Below are positions 63,663-64,000 of a stretch of DNA of 64,000 nucleotides, in pieces. A model generated the notes under the pieces. That model was not told where the DNA came from. It ran no database searches and was given only the letters and a program-made list of their open reading frames with translations. The first letter of the stretch is position 1. Every line of letters starts with the position of its first letter. The position numbers and the translations under genes are program-made. Origin of the DNA: Lama guanicoe (Eukaryota); the NCBI GenBank assembly GCA_013239625.1, contig MU054187.1, forward strand, positions 14,976,974 through 15,040,973, written 5' to 3'.

Positions 63663-64000
63663 CCAGTTATATCCTCAGAGTCTTCATATCAGGACCTAAC
63701 ACAAATGATCGACTGAATGATATAATTTAAGACAAGTTTATTGTTTTAAATTATAAAATCGTATTTACTGCTATCCTCTAGAAAGATGTTTTTAATGCAG
63801 AGGATTAGGATATTGAACTCCTAAGCTGATTTCCAAACTTCCTGTGGGGAAGGGGGCTGAGGCAGTGGTCTGTCTGAGGTCCTGTGTGATGAGGTAGGGC
63901 ACTGTAGCCTCTGAGGTTGGAAGTACCCTTTACTCACTGTCTTTACTAACAAAGGAGGCAACGAAACCTTGCATCTTTGAGGTCTGCTCCATCCTTGAGT

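Overview
Mammalian genomic DNA, very likely camelid (camelid-type tRNA-derived SINEs and young L1 3' ends). The first ~9.3 kb hold the last four coding exons (3-6) and the long 3'UTR of GDAP1 on the + strand. The remaining ~54 kb look like repeat-rich intergenic DNA (L1, L2, MIR, MER20, MER5A, MER94, Zaphod, MLT1, LTR16/LTR33, MER34-like LTR). However, the unique sequence between the repeats carries about 38 AG/GT-bounded segments on the - strand, many of them phase-compatible. Translated by hand, these give about nine tandem copies of a domain resembling the DUF3715 pseudo-PARP domain of TASOR (HUSH complex) and TEX15 (piRNA effector), followed by a non-repeat C-terminal tail ending ~0.5 kb from the GDAP1 poly(A) signals. 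The frame has many stops and frameshifts, so I read it as a decayed (unitary pseudo)gene of a multi-DUF3715 paralog that I do not recognise as a named gene. The family assignment rests on by-eye alignment to TASOR/TEX15 sequences recalled from memory and needs HMM/tBLASTn confirmation. Repeat boundaries and some pseudo-exon ends are approximate.
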